From positions 288,001 to 352,000 of the forward strand of contig CAXWPJ010000009.1 of assembly GCA_963664115.2 (NCBI GenBank): a stretch of 64,000 nucleotides of DNA, given 5' to 3'. This DNA comes from Terriglobia bacterium (GTDB lineage: Bacteria; Acidobacteriota; Terriglobia; 20CM-2-55-15). Position 1 is the stretch's first letter. The number at the start of each line of letters is the position of its first letter. Position numbers and translations under genes: made by a program. The notes beneath the pieces were generated by a model. The model worked only from the letters and a program-made list of their open reading frames with translations. It made no database searches and had not been told where the DNA came from. This document shows, one piece after another, positions 40,354 to 49,329 of the stretch.

Positions 40354-43263
40354 TTGAGTAGCGAAACACCAAACGGCGGGGCGAAGAAACCCGCAATTCC
40401 GCCTCCTGCAAAAAAGGATGCGGCGCTCAACATTGGACTTCGAGGGGACAGACTGTATGAGGTTGACAACCTCCACAAGTGGTTCGCGATCTCCAGCCTG
40501 CTTTTATTCGTTTTCACGGTGTGGATGATCCTCTACGACTACAACCGGGAGTGGAAGCAGTACCAGCGGTCCTTTAGCCGGCTGACCATCCAGCAAACGC
40601 AGCAGGCGATGGACACCGCGGCCAACGCGATTGATCGCGCCCAGTTTGATCAGCTGCAGGGCCAGCTTGCCCAGGCTCAGGCCAATCTGGCCGGGAACGA
40701 GGGCGAAGTCGATCGAATCCAGGACGTTTTGGACGACTTGAACGCCAACATTTATGCGGCCGACCAGGACTTCCGCTTTGCCCGGGCGACGTACGACGTC
40801 GAAAGGTACGAGTACGAAGAAGCAGTAGTCAACGATCCGGACAATGCCCAGGAGTATGGCTTGAGGGCTGAAGCAACGCTTGCCGAAATCAACGAATTTG
40901 AACAACGAGTTGAACAACTGACGCTGGAGATACGCGACGCCGGGGACGAATTGAACACATTCGTCGGTCAGCGTGACCAAATCCAGGATGGCATCGACGA
41001 CGCGTTGGAAGAATTCACTCTGCTACAGGGAACGATGGATACGCTCGATCCCGGATTCATCGTCACATCGTTCCGGAACGCTCCGGTCCTGGATATGCTG
41101 AATCCGTCAGAACAGATCAATCAGATCCTGCTACCGAACTTGCACAACGATCATCCGTTCGTGCAGGTCCCGCGTGTGGACCGCTGTACGACCTGCCATC
41201 TGGGCATCGACCAGGATTCGATGGCGGATGCGCCCCAACCGTTCACGACGCACCCTGAACTGGAAAAGTTTGTCGGCAGCAGCTCGCCCCACACAATCGA
41301 CCAGTTCGGGTGTACGACCTGTCATTCCGGCCTCGACCGCGCGGTGGAGTTTACCCGGGCCGGCCACACGCCTGTTGACGGCACGCAGCGCGAAGATTGG
41401 GAGCAGGCCTACGGATGGGAAGAGCAAGAGTTTCTGGAAACGCCCATGCTGCCTCTGAATCGGACGGAAGCCAGTTGCTTGAAATGTCACACAGGTGGCG
41501 GCGATGTTCCCGAAGCAGCCAGTTTAAACCTGGGTCGGGACCTTGTCCGAATGTACGGGTGCGTCGGATGCCACCGGATCCCGGGATACGAGGACGTCCG
41601 GCGCGTCGGACCAGAACTGACGACCATCGACAGCAAGCTCGATTCCGACTGGGTCAAGAAGTGGCTCCGCGACCCCAAGGCATTCAAATCCGAAGCGCGG
41701 ATGCCCAAGTTCTGGTTCAACTCCAACAACAGCGGACCCGAGTACGAAGCTCGTAACAATACCGAGATCACCGTCATTACGGAGTTCCTGTTTTCAAAGT
41801 CGCAGCCCAATCCTTTGGCTCCGGCACAAACGAACGGAAACGCAGAACGGGGGCAGCAACTTGTCGAAAACATTGGATGTATGGGCTGCCACGCGGTAGG
41901 GCCGCTGGAGGAAGACCCGGCCAGGACACAACATCGCAGACGCTTCGGATACAACCTGGCCAGCCAGGGAAGCAAAGTTTCGATCGATTGGCTCTACAAC
42001 TGGGTCCGGGATCCTCAGAGTGTCTGGCACGACACGAAAATGCCCAACCTGCGCTTAACGGACGCCGAGGCCGCCGATGTGGCCGCCTATCTCGCCTCCT
42101 TGACCAACCCCGAATTCGAGACACAGGCTGTCCCTGATATTGACGTGGCGGAACTTGACATAATCACTCTGGAGTTCCTCAGAGCCGGATTGACGGGCAT
42201 CGAAGCCCGCGAGGCTGTCCAGACGATGTCGCTCGAAGAAAAGACGTCGTACTCGGGCGAGCGGCTCATTGCGCGTTACGGCTGTTTCGGTTGCCACTTG
42301 ATTGAAGGGTTTGAAGACACCCAGCCAATCGGAACGGAACTCACCGAAGCCGGTAGCAAGCTCCTTGCGAGACTGGACTTCGGCTTTCTCGACATCGAAC
42401 ACGAACGAAGCGCATGGTATGAACAGAAGTTGAGGGATCCACGAATTTTCGATGTGGGACGCGTGAAACGACCCGAAGAACTCGCGCGGATGCCTGATTT
42501 CGGTTTTACGGATGAGCAGATCGATTCCATCGTTTTGGTAATGACCGGACTCGTCAAGGACGAAGTCATACCGGATATGCGCAACGACCTGACCGCAGAT
42601 ATCGAGGCCGGTCGGGCCCTGATCGCGCAACGGAACTGCCGTGGGTGCCACGAAATAGAAGCCGGCGGCGGCGATATCCGTTCAACAATTGAAGATCCTG
42701 CGTTCTGGCCACCCCTACTGAATACGCAGGGCGCCAAGACCCAGCCCCTTTGGCTCCATCCTTTCCTGGAAAATCCAGGAAATCAAACCTTGCGTCCTTG
42801 GCTGAACGCACGTATGCCAACATTCTATTTCGACGAGCTCGAGGCGACGACGATTGCGCGGTATTTTTCCGCGCTCGACCAGGTCGATTTTCCGTTTATC
42901 AACACGGCGATCACCACGACGAATGATCGCCTTCAGGTCGGCGAAGAGTTGTTCGCACTCTTGCGCTGCCCCCAATGTCACCCTGCGGCGGATGGGCCGC
43001 TACCTCCGGGCGTTGAGGCGGCAGACCTGGCACCCGACCTCCAAATTGCCCACGAACGTCTGCGTCCCGAGTGGGTCCTGGATTGGCTGATCGATCCGCA
43101 GCAGATTGCACCGGGAACCCGGATGCCGACCTTTTTCCCAGATGGACAGTCTCCTCTGCCCGACGTTCTCGATGGGGACGTTGCGGCACAGATTCAGGCA
43201 ATCCGGGACTACCTGTTCCTCACCGTCGGTGAAGGAGAACGGGCAGAGTCAACGGACGATTGA
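40354..43263 (+). CDS. Membrane-anchored multiheme cytochrome c (8 CxxCH) with coiled-coil stalk
   Basis: CTTCH twice, CLKCH, CVGCH, CMGCH, CFGCH, CRGCH, CPQCH; heptad-rich N-terminal region after the TM helix. Confidence 0.92.
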   Translation: MSSETPNGGAKKPAIPPPAKKDAALNIGLRGDRLYEVDNLHKWFAISSLLLFVFTVWMILYDYNREWKQYQRSFSRLTIQQTQQAMDTAANAIDRAQFDQLQGQLAQAQANLAGNEGEVDRIQDVLDDLNANIYAADQDFRFARATYDVERYEYEEAVVNDPDNAQEYGLRAEATLAEINEFEQRVEQLTLEIRDAGDELNTFVGQRDQIQDGIDDALEEFTLLQGTMDTLDPGFIVTSFRNAPVLDMLNPSEQINQILLPNLHNDHPFVQVPRVDRCTTCHLGIDQDSMADAPQPFTTHPELEKFVGSSSPHTIDQFGCTTCHSGLDRAVEFTRAGHTPVDGTQREDWEQAYGWEEQEFLETPMLPLNRTEASCLKCHTGGGDVPEAASLNLGRDLVRMYGCVGCHRIPGYEDVRRVGPELTTIDSKLDSDWVKKWLRDPKAFKSEARMPKFWFNSNNSGPEYEARNNTEITVITEFLFSKSQPNPLAPAQTNGNAERGQQLVENIGCMGCHAVGPLEEDPARTQHRRRFGYNLASQGSKVSIDWLYNWVRDPQSVWHDTKMPNLRLTDAEAADVAAYLASLTNPEFETQAVPDIDVAELDIITLEFLRAGLTGIEAREAVQTMSLEEKTSYSGERLIARYGCFGCHLIEGFEDTQPIGTELTEAGSKLLARLDFGFLDIEHERSAWYEQKLRDPRIFDVGRVKRPEELARMPDFGFTDEQIDSIVLVMTGLVKDEVIPDMRNDLTADIEAGRALIAQRNCRGCHEIEAGGGDIRSTIEDPAFWPPLLNTQGAKTQPLWLHPFLENPGNQTLRPWLNARMPTFYFDELEATTIARYFSALDQVDFPFINTAITTTNDRLQVGEELFALLRCPQCHPAADGPLPPGVEAADLAPDLQIAHERLRPEWVLDWLIDPQQIAPGTRMPTFFPDGQSPLPDVLDGDVAAQIQAIRDYLFLTVGEGERAESTDD

Positions 43264-43393
43264 TAAAAACTATCACCGCGAACTAGACATCAAACTGACG
43301 CCGATCGCCCTTCCCTTTGCCTCGACGGATGATCGGCAGTAATCTGCTTTAAAAGGAAACATTCAACCTTACATTTTTAGGGAGATTCGTTCA

Positions 43394-44179
43394 ATGCATG
43401 ACAAGAAAGTGTTATTCCTGGCCTTTTCGATGATCATTCTCGTAGCTGCCGGATGCGGCGGCGGGGACGATACAGGCTTACCTCCAGCTCCGGTGGGCGG
43501 AGGAGGCGGTGGACCGGCCTACGACCCGTCGACTGCGACCGCGAGCATTGCGGGCAGCATCATGTTCGAAGGTACTGCACCAGAGATGCCGCTCATTCAA
43601 ATGGCTGCGGACCCTTTCTGTCAGGAGGGTTTCTCCGGCGCCCGGAGCAAGGAAGTCGTCGTTACTGAGGACGCTAAGCTCGAATACGTGATCGTGTACG
43701 TTCGCTCAGGACACGAGGGTGCAGGCTACAGCGTTCCAACCGAAGCTGCCTTGATCGACCAGATCGGATGCAGCTATACGCCACACGCGTTCACCATGAT
43801 GTCGGGCCAGACGCTGACGATTCGAAACAGCGATGCGACGCTTCACAACATCCACGCATGGGCCGAAGTCAACCCGCAGTTCAACATCGGCCAGCCCGTA
43901 CAAAACATGGAAACGATGCAGGTCTTCGCCCAGCCCGAGATGCCGTTGCCGATGCGCTGCGATGTCCACCGGTGGATGGAAGCCTTCATCGGTGTGTTCG
44001 ATCATCCCTTCCACACGACGAGCGGGGAAACGGGCGAATATACACTGGACCTGCCTCCGGGAACATACGAAGTCGTCGCCTGGCATGAACGCTACGGTGA
44101 ACAGGTTAGCTCCGTCACTGTTGCTGACGGCGAAGCGGCCGAGCTGAACTTCACGTATTCCGCAGACGCGGCAGACTAG
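43394..44179 (+). CDS. Lipoprotein with cupredoxin-like and carboxypeptidase-regulatory-like domains
   Basis: Lipobox VAAGC; HNIH...RCDVHRWM; C-terminal LPPGTYEVVAWHE. Confidence 0.75.
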   Translation: MHDKKVLFLAFSMIILVAAGCGGGDDTGLPPAPVGGGGGGPAYDPSTATASIAGSIMFEGTAPEMPLIQMAADPFCQEGFSGARSKEVVVTEDAKLEYVIVYVRSGHEGAGYSVPTEAALIDQIGCSYTPHAFTMMSGQTLTIRNSDATLHNIHAWAEVNPQFNIGQPVQNMETMQVFAQPEMPLPMRCDVHRWMEAFIGVFDHPFHTTSGETGEYTLDLPPGTYEVVAWHERYGEQVSSVTVADGEAAELNFTYSADAAD

Positions 44180-44450
44180 TGACCGGTCCCACCCATATCG
44201 GGGCCAGCGCCGATGGGTCTTGCCGGCGAGATCGCGGCGCGAGACGGAAGTCGATGTATTCGCATCGACGACGGCTCGCAACAAAGATATCGCCAGCAAC
44301 CCCCACCGGCCCAGAGGGTTCCCGCGAATCGGCATCGTCTTCGTTGTCGTCAGCTCCTCGCAATGAAAACGCATTTCGTCGTCGCCAACTCCTCAAATCC
44401 GATGCCGTTTGGCCCGAACGCTGGCCGCGATATGGGTGGGACAGGTCACT
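44178..44450. mobile_element. MITE-like element, 273 bp
   Basis: 32-bp terminal IRs agtgaccggtcccacccatatcggggccagcg / cgctggccgcgatatgggtgggacaggtcact (30/32); internal hairpins; no transposase. Confidence 0.8.
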
Positions 44451-44452
44451 CT

Positions 44453-45418
44453 ATGCCTGAAGGAGCGGCGGGACCGGAGCCAGAGAACCTCGGGCTCCAC
44501 CGGTTCACTGTATTCACGGCTCTGTGCACGACCTTCCTGATATTTGCAGGGGGGATGGTGACGAGTACAGAATCCGGTCTCGCAGTTCCCGATTGGCCAC
44601 TTTCCTTCGGCATGTTCTTCCCGCCCATGGTCGGTGGGATCTTCTACGAACACGGCCATCGCATGGTCGCTTCATTTGTTGGCTTTCTGACGGTTATACT
44701 GTCCATATGGACGTGGAAGAAAGAACCGCGACCCTGGGTCCGCTGGTTGGCCCTCGGTGCTCTGGGTGCAGTGATCGCTCAGGGCATCCTGGGCGGAATC
44801 ACCGTTATATTTCTTTTGCCGACGCCTGTGTCGGTCAGCCACGCCATGCTGGCACAAACCTTCTTTTGCATGATCGTCGCGATGGCCCTGTTTACGTCAC
44901 CAGACTGGAAACGCGGCCTGCCCGATGCCGGCCCGCGTCAGGGAATTCCGAGTCTCCCGTGGTTGTGCGGACTCACGACGGGAGCCGTTTACCTTCAACT
45001 ACTGTTGGGCGCCCTGATGCGGCACACACAGTCGGGACTGGCCATTCCAGACTTTCCACTCGCATTTGGCCGGATGATCCCACCTTTTGAATCCAGCTCC
45101 GTAGTGATTCATTTCACTCACAGGCTCGGCGCCCTTCTGGTAACGACGATGATCTCGTGGACACTGATCCGAATCCTTTCCGAATATCGAAACCACAGCC
45201 GCTTGTTACGACCGGTTCTGGTCATGGCCTTTCTTCTATGTATCCAGGTTACGCTCGGCGCATTCACGATCTGGACAGAGAAAGGTGAAATCGTCACGAC
45301 GTTTCACGTCATGACGGGCGCCATGATACTCGGCGTTTCCGTTCTACTCGCCCTGCGCGCCTTTGCGATGCTCCCGCCCGGGCTTCGAACGAGGACGGCC
45401 TCTCCTCAGCTCGCATGA
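44453..45418 (+). CDS. ctaA: Heme A synthase (COX15/CtaA family)
   Basis: SGLAVPDWP, FYEHGHRM, VSHAMLA, HFTHRL, TFHVMTG; start placed just after the MITE. Confidence 0.88.
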   Translation: MPEGAAGPEPENLGLHRFTVFTALCTTFLIFAGGMVTSTESGLAVPDWPLSFGMFFPPMVGGIFYEHGHRMVASFVGFLTVILSIWTWKKEPRPWVRWLALGALGAVIAQGILGGITVIFLLPTPVSVSHAMLAQTFFCMIVAMALFTSPDWKRGLPDAGPRQGIPSLPWLCGLTTGAVYLQLLLGALMRHTQSGLAIPDFPLAFGRMIPPFESSSVVIHFTHRLGALLVTTMISWTLIRILSEYRNHSRLLRPVLVMAFLLCIQVTLGAFTIWTEKGEIVTTFHVMTGAMILGVSVLLALRAFAMLPPGLRTRTASPQLA

Positions 45419-46311
45419 CCATGAGAGCAATGGGCGCAGATGCTACGATCCGGCGAAGTCGCATCGGGGATTACCTCGATCTCACCAAGCCACGGATTAC
45501 TTCGCTCGTCTTGGTCACAACAGCTGTCGGTTTTTATATGAGTTCGGCGGGCGGTATGGCAAATATCTTATTCCTTCACGCCATCGTAGGTGTCGCCATG
45601 GTCGCTGGAGGGGCCAGCGCTTTGAATCAATACCAGGAGCGCTACCACGACGCGCGCATGGATCGAACCCGGGACCGGCCGCTACCTGCAGGTCGCATTG
45701 GTGAGTTTGATGCGCTCGTTTTCTCCTGGACTATTTCGGTAGCGGGGGTGGCCTACCTCCTCCTGTTCACCAATGTCGTCACTGCCATTCTGTCGGCGAT
45801 CACCTTACTGCTCTACGTGTTTCTGTACACACCATTGAAAACCCACACGGCCGTCGCCACTCTCGTCGGTGCAGTACCGGGCGCAGCACCACCAATTCTG
45901 GGATGGACAGCGGCCGGAGGTCCGGTCGACGGTATGGCCCTGGCCTTGTTTTTAATGGTGTTCCTATGGCAAATGCCACACTTCCTGGCAATCGCGTGGC
46001 TGTACGGCGAGGACTACGTTCGTGGCGGATTTCAAAGCCTGACAGTCCACTACAGTGGTGAGGAAAGCGCATGCCGGCAGATCATTCTTTATTCTTGCGC
46101 TTTGGTTCCCATCAGCCTTTTGCCCACCACTTTCGGCATTACCGGAAACGCTTACATGTTCGGAGCGCTGCTCGCCGGCCTTGTCTATCTCGGCTACGGC
46201 ATAGCGCTGGCGCTGTTCCGTTCACAGATCGCCGCCCGGCGGCTCCTCAGGATCTCGATAATATATCTTCCGGCAGTGTTTCTGCTGATGGTCATCGATA
46301 AGGCGAGCTAA
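45415..46311 (+). CDS. cyoE: Protoheme IX farnesyltransferase (heme O synthase)
   Basis: LTKPRI, DARMDRTRDRPLP, YTPLK, WQMPHFLAI. Confidence 0.93.
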   Translation: MTMRAMGADATIRRSRIGDYLDLTKPRITSLVLVTTAVGFYMSSAGGMANILFLHAIVGVAMVAGGASALNQYQERYHDARMDRTRDRPLPAGRIGEFDALVFSWTISVAGVAYLLLFTNVVTAILSAITLLLYVFLYTPLKTHTAVATLVGAVPGAAPPILGWTAAGGPVDGMALALFLMVFLWQMPHFLAIAWLYGEDYVRGGFQSLTVHYSGEESACRQIILYSCALVPISLLPTTFGITGNAYMFGALLAGLVYLGYGIALALFRSQIAARRLLRISIIYLPAVFLLMVIDKAS

Positions 46312-46347
46312 GCGACCCGAAAGATTTTCACCAGGTTAAAGCAAGCA

Positions 46348-47271
46348 ATGCACGCTGTTGAAGTAGAAAATCTGACGCATTACTACGGAGAGCGCAAGGC
46401 GCTGTCCGATGTCAGTTTTCAGGTCGACGAGGCCGAAATATTCAGCTTGCTCGGTCCGAACGGTGGCGGTAAGACGACTCTGTTCCGGATTCTTTCTACG
46501 CTGTTACTCCCAACGGAGGGCGCGGCAAGAATCTTCGATCTCGACATAGGGACGGACAGTTCTCGGGTACGGCAACAGATCGGGATTGTATTTCAAAATC
46601 CAAGCCTCGATATCAAACTGACCGTCCGGGAAAATCTCGTGCATCAGGGACATCTCTACGGCCTCCACGGTGGCACGCTCCGGTCACGAATCGATGAAAT
46701 GATGGGTAGACTCAAGATCACCGACAGGGCGTCGAGCCTGGTTGAAACCTTGTCGGGCGGGCTTCGCAGGAGGGTCGAACTCGCCAAGGGCATGCTCCAC
46801 CATCCGAAGCTGCTTATACTCGATGAACCCTCCGTGGGGCTCGATCCCGGAGCGCGCCACGATCTGTGGCAATACCTGGAAAGTCTCAGAGATTCCGAGG
46901 GAGTCACGATTCTCGCGACGACTCACCTCATCGACGAAGGGGATCGCTCCGATCACGTGCTGATTCTGAATCAGGGGCTTGTTGTTGGGTCGGGTACGCC
47001 GCGCGCTCTCAAGCAGCAGATCGGTGGAGATATCATTGCGCTGACGAGCAAGGATCCCGAAGTACTGTCGCGAAAGATTGCCGATACCTTCGACTTAAAG
47101 CCGACGGTTCTAAACGGATCCGTACGGATCGAGAAAACCAGCGGACACGAATTCATTGCCAAGCTGATAGAAGCGTTTCCGGGAACAATCGATTCGGTGA
47201 CGTTGGCGAAGCCCACCCTGGAGGATGTCTTCATCGACCGGACCGGACATCGCCTCTGGGAGGAGTCATGA
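46348..47271 (+). CDS. ABC transporter ATP-binding protein (DrrA-like)
   Basis: GPNGGGKT, LSGG, LILDEP. Confidence 0.92.
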   Translation: MHAVEVENLTHYYGERKALSDVSFQVDEAEIFSLLGPNGGGKTTLFRILSTLLLPTEGAARIFDLDIGTDSSRVRQQIGIVFQNPSLDIKLTVRENLVHQGHLYGLHGGTLRSRIDEMMGRLKITDRASSLVETLSGGLRRRVELAKGMLHHPKLLILDEPSVGLDPGARHDLWQYLESLRDSEGVTILATTHLIDEGDRSDHVLILNQGLVVGSGTPRALKQQIGGDIIALTSKDPEVLSRKIADTFDLKPTVLNGSVRIEKTSGHEFIAKLIEAFPGTIDSVTLAKPTLEDVFIDRTGHRLWEES

Positions 47272-48038
47272 ATATCCTCCTGGGTTCTCTCACATTATGG
47301 CAGCGCGAATTGGTCCGTTTCTTCCGCCAAAGAAGCCGCATCGTAGGCGCGTTTGGATCTCCTGTAGTCTTCTGGCTCTTGTTAGGGTCGGGCATCGGAC
47401 GCTCCTTCACCCTCCCCTCTCCTGAAGGCACGATGAACTACATGGAGTACTTTTTCCCGGGGACCATCGTTTTAATCCTTTTGTTCACCTCAATATTTTC
47501 AACGATTTCGATCATCGAAGATCGCAGAGAAGGATTCCTTCAGTCCGTCCTTGCCGCCCCCGTTCCCCGTTCGACGATCGTACTTGGAAAAGTGACCGGA
47601 GCGACGACCCTGGCTCTGATTCAGGGAATGGTGTTCATGGTTCTGGCACCCTTCGTAATTGGTGTATCACCCACGGCTGTATTGATTACGCTCGTTATCC
47701 TTGGCCTGGTGGCTTTCGGACTGACGGCCCTCGGATATGTGATCGCATGGAGTCTGGATTCCACACAGGGCTTTCACGCGATCATGAACTTATTTCTGAT
47801 CCCTATGTGGCTGCTCTCAGGCGCAGTTTTCCCCGCAAGTGGAGCCCCCGTCTGGTTACAATGGGTCATGACTGTGAATCCTGTCACTTATGGCGTGGCC
47901 GCAGTTCGATGGAGTCTGTATGGAACTTCGACGTACGCGGCTCTCGGAGGCCCGGCGCCGGCTAGATCTCTGGCAGTGATCGTCCTATTCGGTATTGCCA
48001 TGTTCGTCACTGCCCTTGCCGTAACCCATCGACGTTGA
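47268..48038 (+). CDS. ABC-2 type transporter permease
   Basis: Start ATG 47268 overlaps the ATPase stop; DRREGFLQSVL, NPVTYGV; six TMs. Confidence 0.9.
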   Translation: MNILLGSLTLWQRELVRFFRQRSRIVGAFGSPVVFWLLLGSGIGRSFTLPSPEGTMNYMEYFFPGTIVLILLFTSIFSTISIIEDRREGFLQSVLAAPVPRSTIVLGKVTGATTLALIQGMVFMVLAPFVIGVSPTAVLITLVILGLVAFGLTALGYVIAWSLDSTQGFHAIMNLFLIPMWLLSGAVFPASGAPVWLQWVMTVNPVTYGVAAVRWSLYGTSTYAALGGPAPARSLAVIVLFGIAMFVTALAVTHRR

Positions 48039-48187
48039 AGGCAGCCGATTAATTACAATGAGCTCGAAAATAAATTTTCTTTACTTGATAGGGGCCGAAG
48101 CGACAGGGACGTGTGGACGTGAATGTAAAACTCTGTCTGCCTCCGTGCCTCTGCGGTTGATTCTTATGCTGAGAGAGGAGTATTAGG

Positions 48188-48793
48188 GTGTTCCGTCTAC
48201 CCCACTGGTCGTCGCTTGTGGCAATGGCGTTTGTCGTCTCAGGGATAGCAATGTTGATCGTTTTTCGGTCGATGCAAAGTGGCGAACCGTTGAACGATTT
48301 CGGTGGAGTCCCTGACTTTGCACTTGTTGAGCGGAGCGGAGAGACGGTTACTCTGAGCGACTTGGCCGGCGAGGTATGGGTCGCCAACTTGATTTTTACC
48401 CATTGCGGCGGTACATGCCCCATGATGACCGTCCAGATGCGTTCTTTGCAGGACGTTTTGCCTGACGACGTACGATTCGTGTCGATTACTGTGGATCCCT
48501 CTAGAGACACACCCGAGGTTCTGGCCGAGTACGCCGCCTTTTACGGGGCCGACCCCGAGCGCTGGCTCTTTCTCAGTGGAGAGCGAGACGACATTTACCG
48601 TTTGGTGCAGGAAGGATTCCATCTGGCAGTAGACGACACGTTCGGATCGGAAATCGAACCGATCACTCACAGCACGCGCTTTGTCCTGGTAGATCAAATG
48701 GGGCGGATTCGAAACTATTACGACGGAACTACACGGGACTCCCATACCCTGATCGAGAGCGACGTGAGGACGCTACTTGCCGGAGCGGGTTAG
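48188..48793 (+). CDS. SCO family copper chaperone
   Basis: FTHCGGTCP, SITVDP, HSTRFVLVD. Confidence 0.92.
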   Translation: MFRLPHWSSLVAMAFVVSGIAMLIVFRSMQSGEPLNDFGGVPDFALVERSGETVTLSDLAGEVWVANLIFTHCGGTCPMMTVQMRSLQDVLPDDVRFVSITVDPSRDTPEVLAEYAAFYGADPERWLFLSGERDDIYRLVQEGFHLAVDDTFGSEIEPITHSTRFVLVDQMGRIRNYYDGTTRDSHTLIESDVRTLLAGAG

Positions 48794-49206
48794 TGGATAT
48801 CACGGACCTCCCGGCGCTCAACGCACTTCTGAACCTCACGAGCGGCGTCCTGGTAACCCTTGGCGTGTACCTCGTATACAAACGCAAGACCGCGGCTCAC
48901 AAGGTCTGCATGATTGGGGCCGTGGTCGTATCTTCCATCTTCCTGACTTCTTACCTCATCTATCACTATCAAGTGGGTTCGGTTCGCTTCGATCGAGAGG
49001 GTTGGATTCGGACCCTCTACCTGTCAATCCTGTTGACTCACACGGTGCTGGCGGCCGCGGTCGTTCCGATGGTGCTTCGAACTGTCTATCTGGCGATTCG
49101 CAGTCAGCTTGAAAAGCATCGCCGGATCGCCCGCTGGACTTATCCAGTCTGGATTTACGTCTCCTTCACCGGTGTGGTCGTCTACCTCATGCTTTACCAG
49201 CTCTAA
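48793..49206 (+). CDS. DUF420 membrane protein (CtaM/YozB-like)
   Basis: LPALNA, FLTSYL.YH, HRRIARWTYPVW.YVS.TG. Confidence 0.9.
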   Translation: MDITDLPALNALLNLTSGVLVTLGVYLVYKRKTAAHKVCMIGAVVVSSIFLTSYLIYHYQVGSVRFDREGWIRTLYLSILLTHTVLAAAVVPMVLRTVYLAIRSQLEKHRRIARWTYPVWIYVSFTGVVVYLMLYQL

Positions 49207-49216
49207 AGCGAAAGAT

Positions 49217-49305
49217 TTCAACACGAAGGTCACGAAGGAGACGAAGTTCCACGAAGAAATCCTAAGACTGATGTTTCTTCGTTATCTTCGTGTCTTCGTG
49301 TTGAA
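49217..49305. repeat. Palindromic tandem (c)acgaag / cttcgt repeat between convergent genes
   Basis: ttcaacacgaaggtcacgaaggagacgaagttccacgaag ... cttcgttatcttcgtgtcttcgtgttgaa; outer 12 bp form a perfect IR. Confidence 0.75.
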
Positions 49306-49329
49306 GATCGAAGCTTTTCAATTCGACGT

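Noticed and set aside
43295-43342. gccgatc...gatcggc hairpin after the multiheme cytochrome gene
   Set aside because: Large loop and no U-tract; not enough to call a terminator.
44179-44460. 93-aa ORF and the 80-aa N-terminal extension of ctaA
   Set aside because: Both are translations of the MITE; the same peptide (RWPRYGWDRSL) appears on both strands because of the IRs.
49217-49305. Possible CRISPR array
   Set aside because: Units are ~9 nt with no unique spacers, they are arranged as an inverted repeat, and there are no cas genes in the window.
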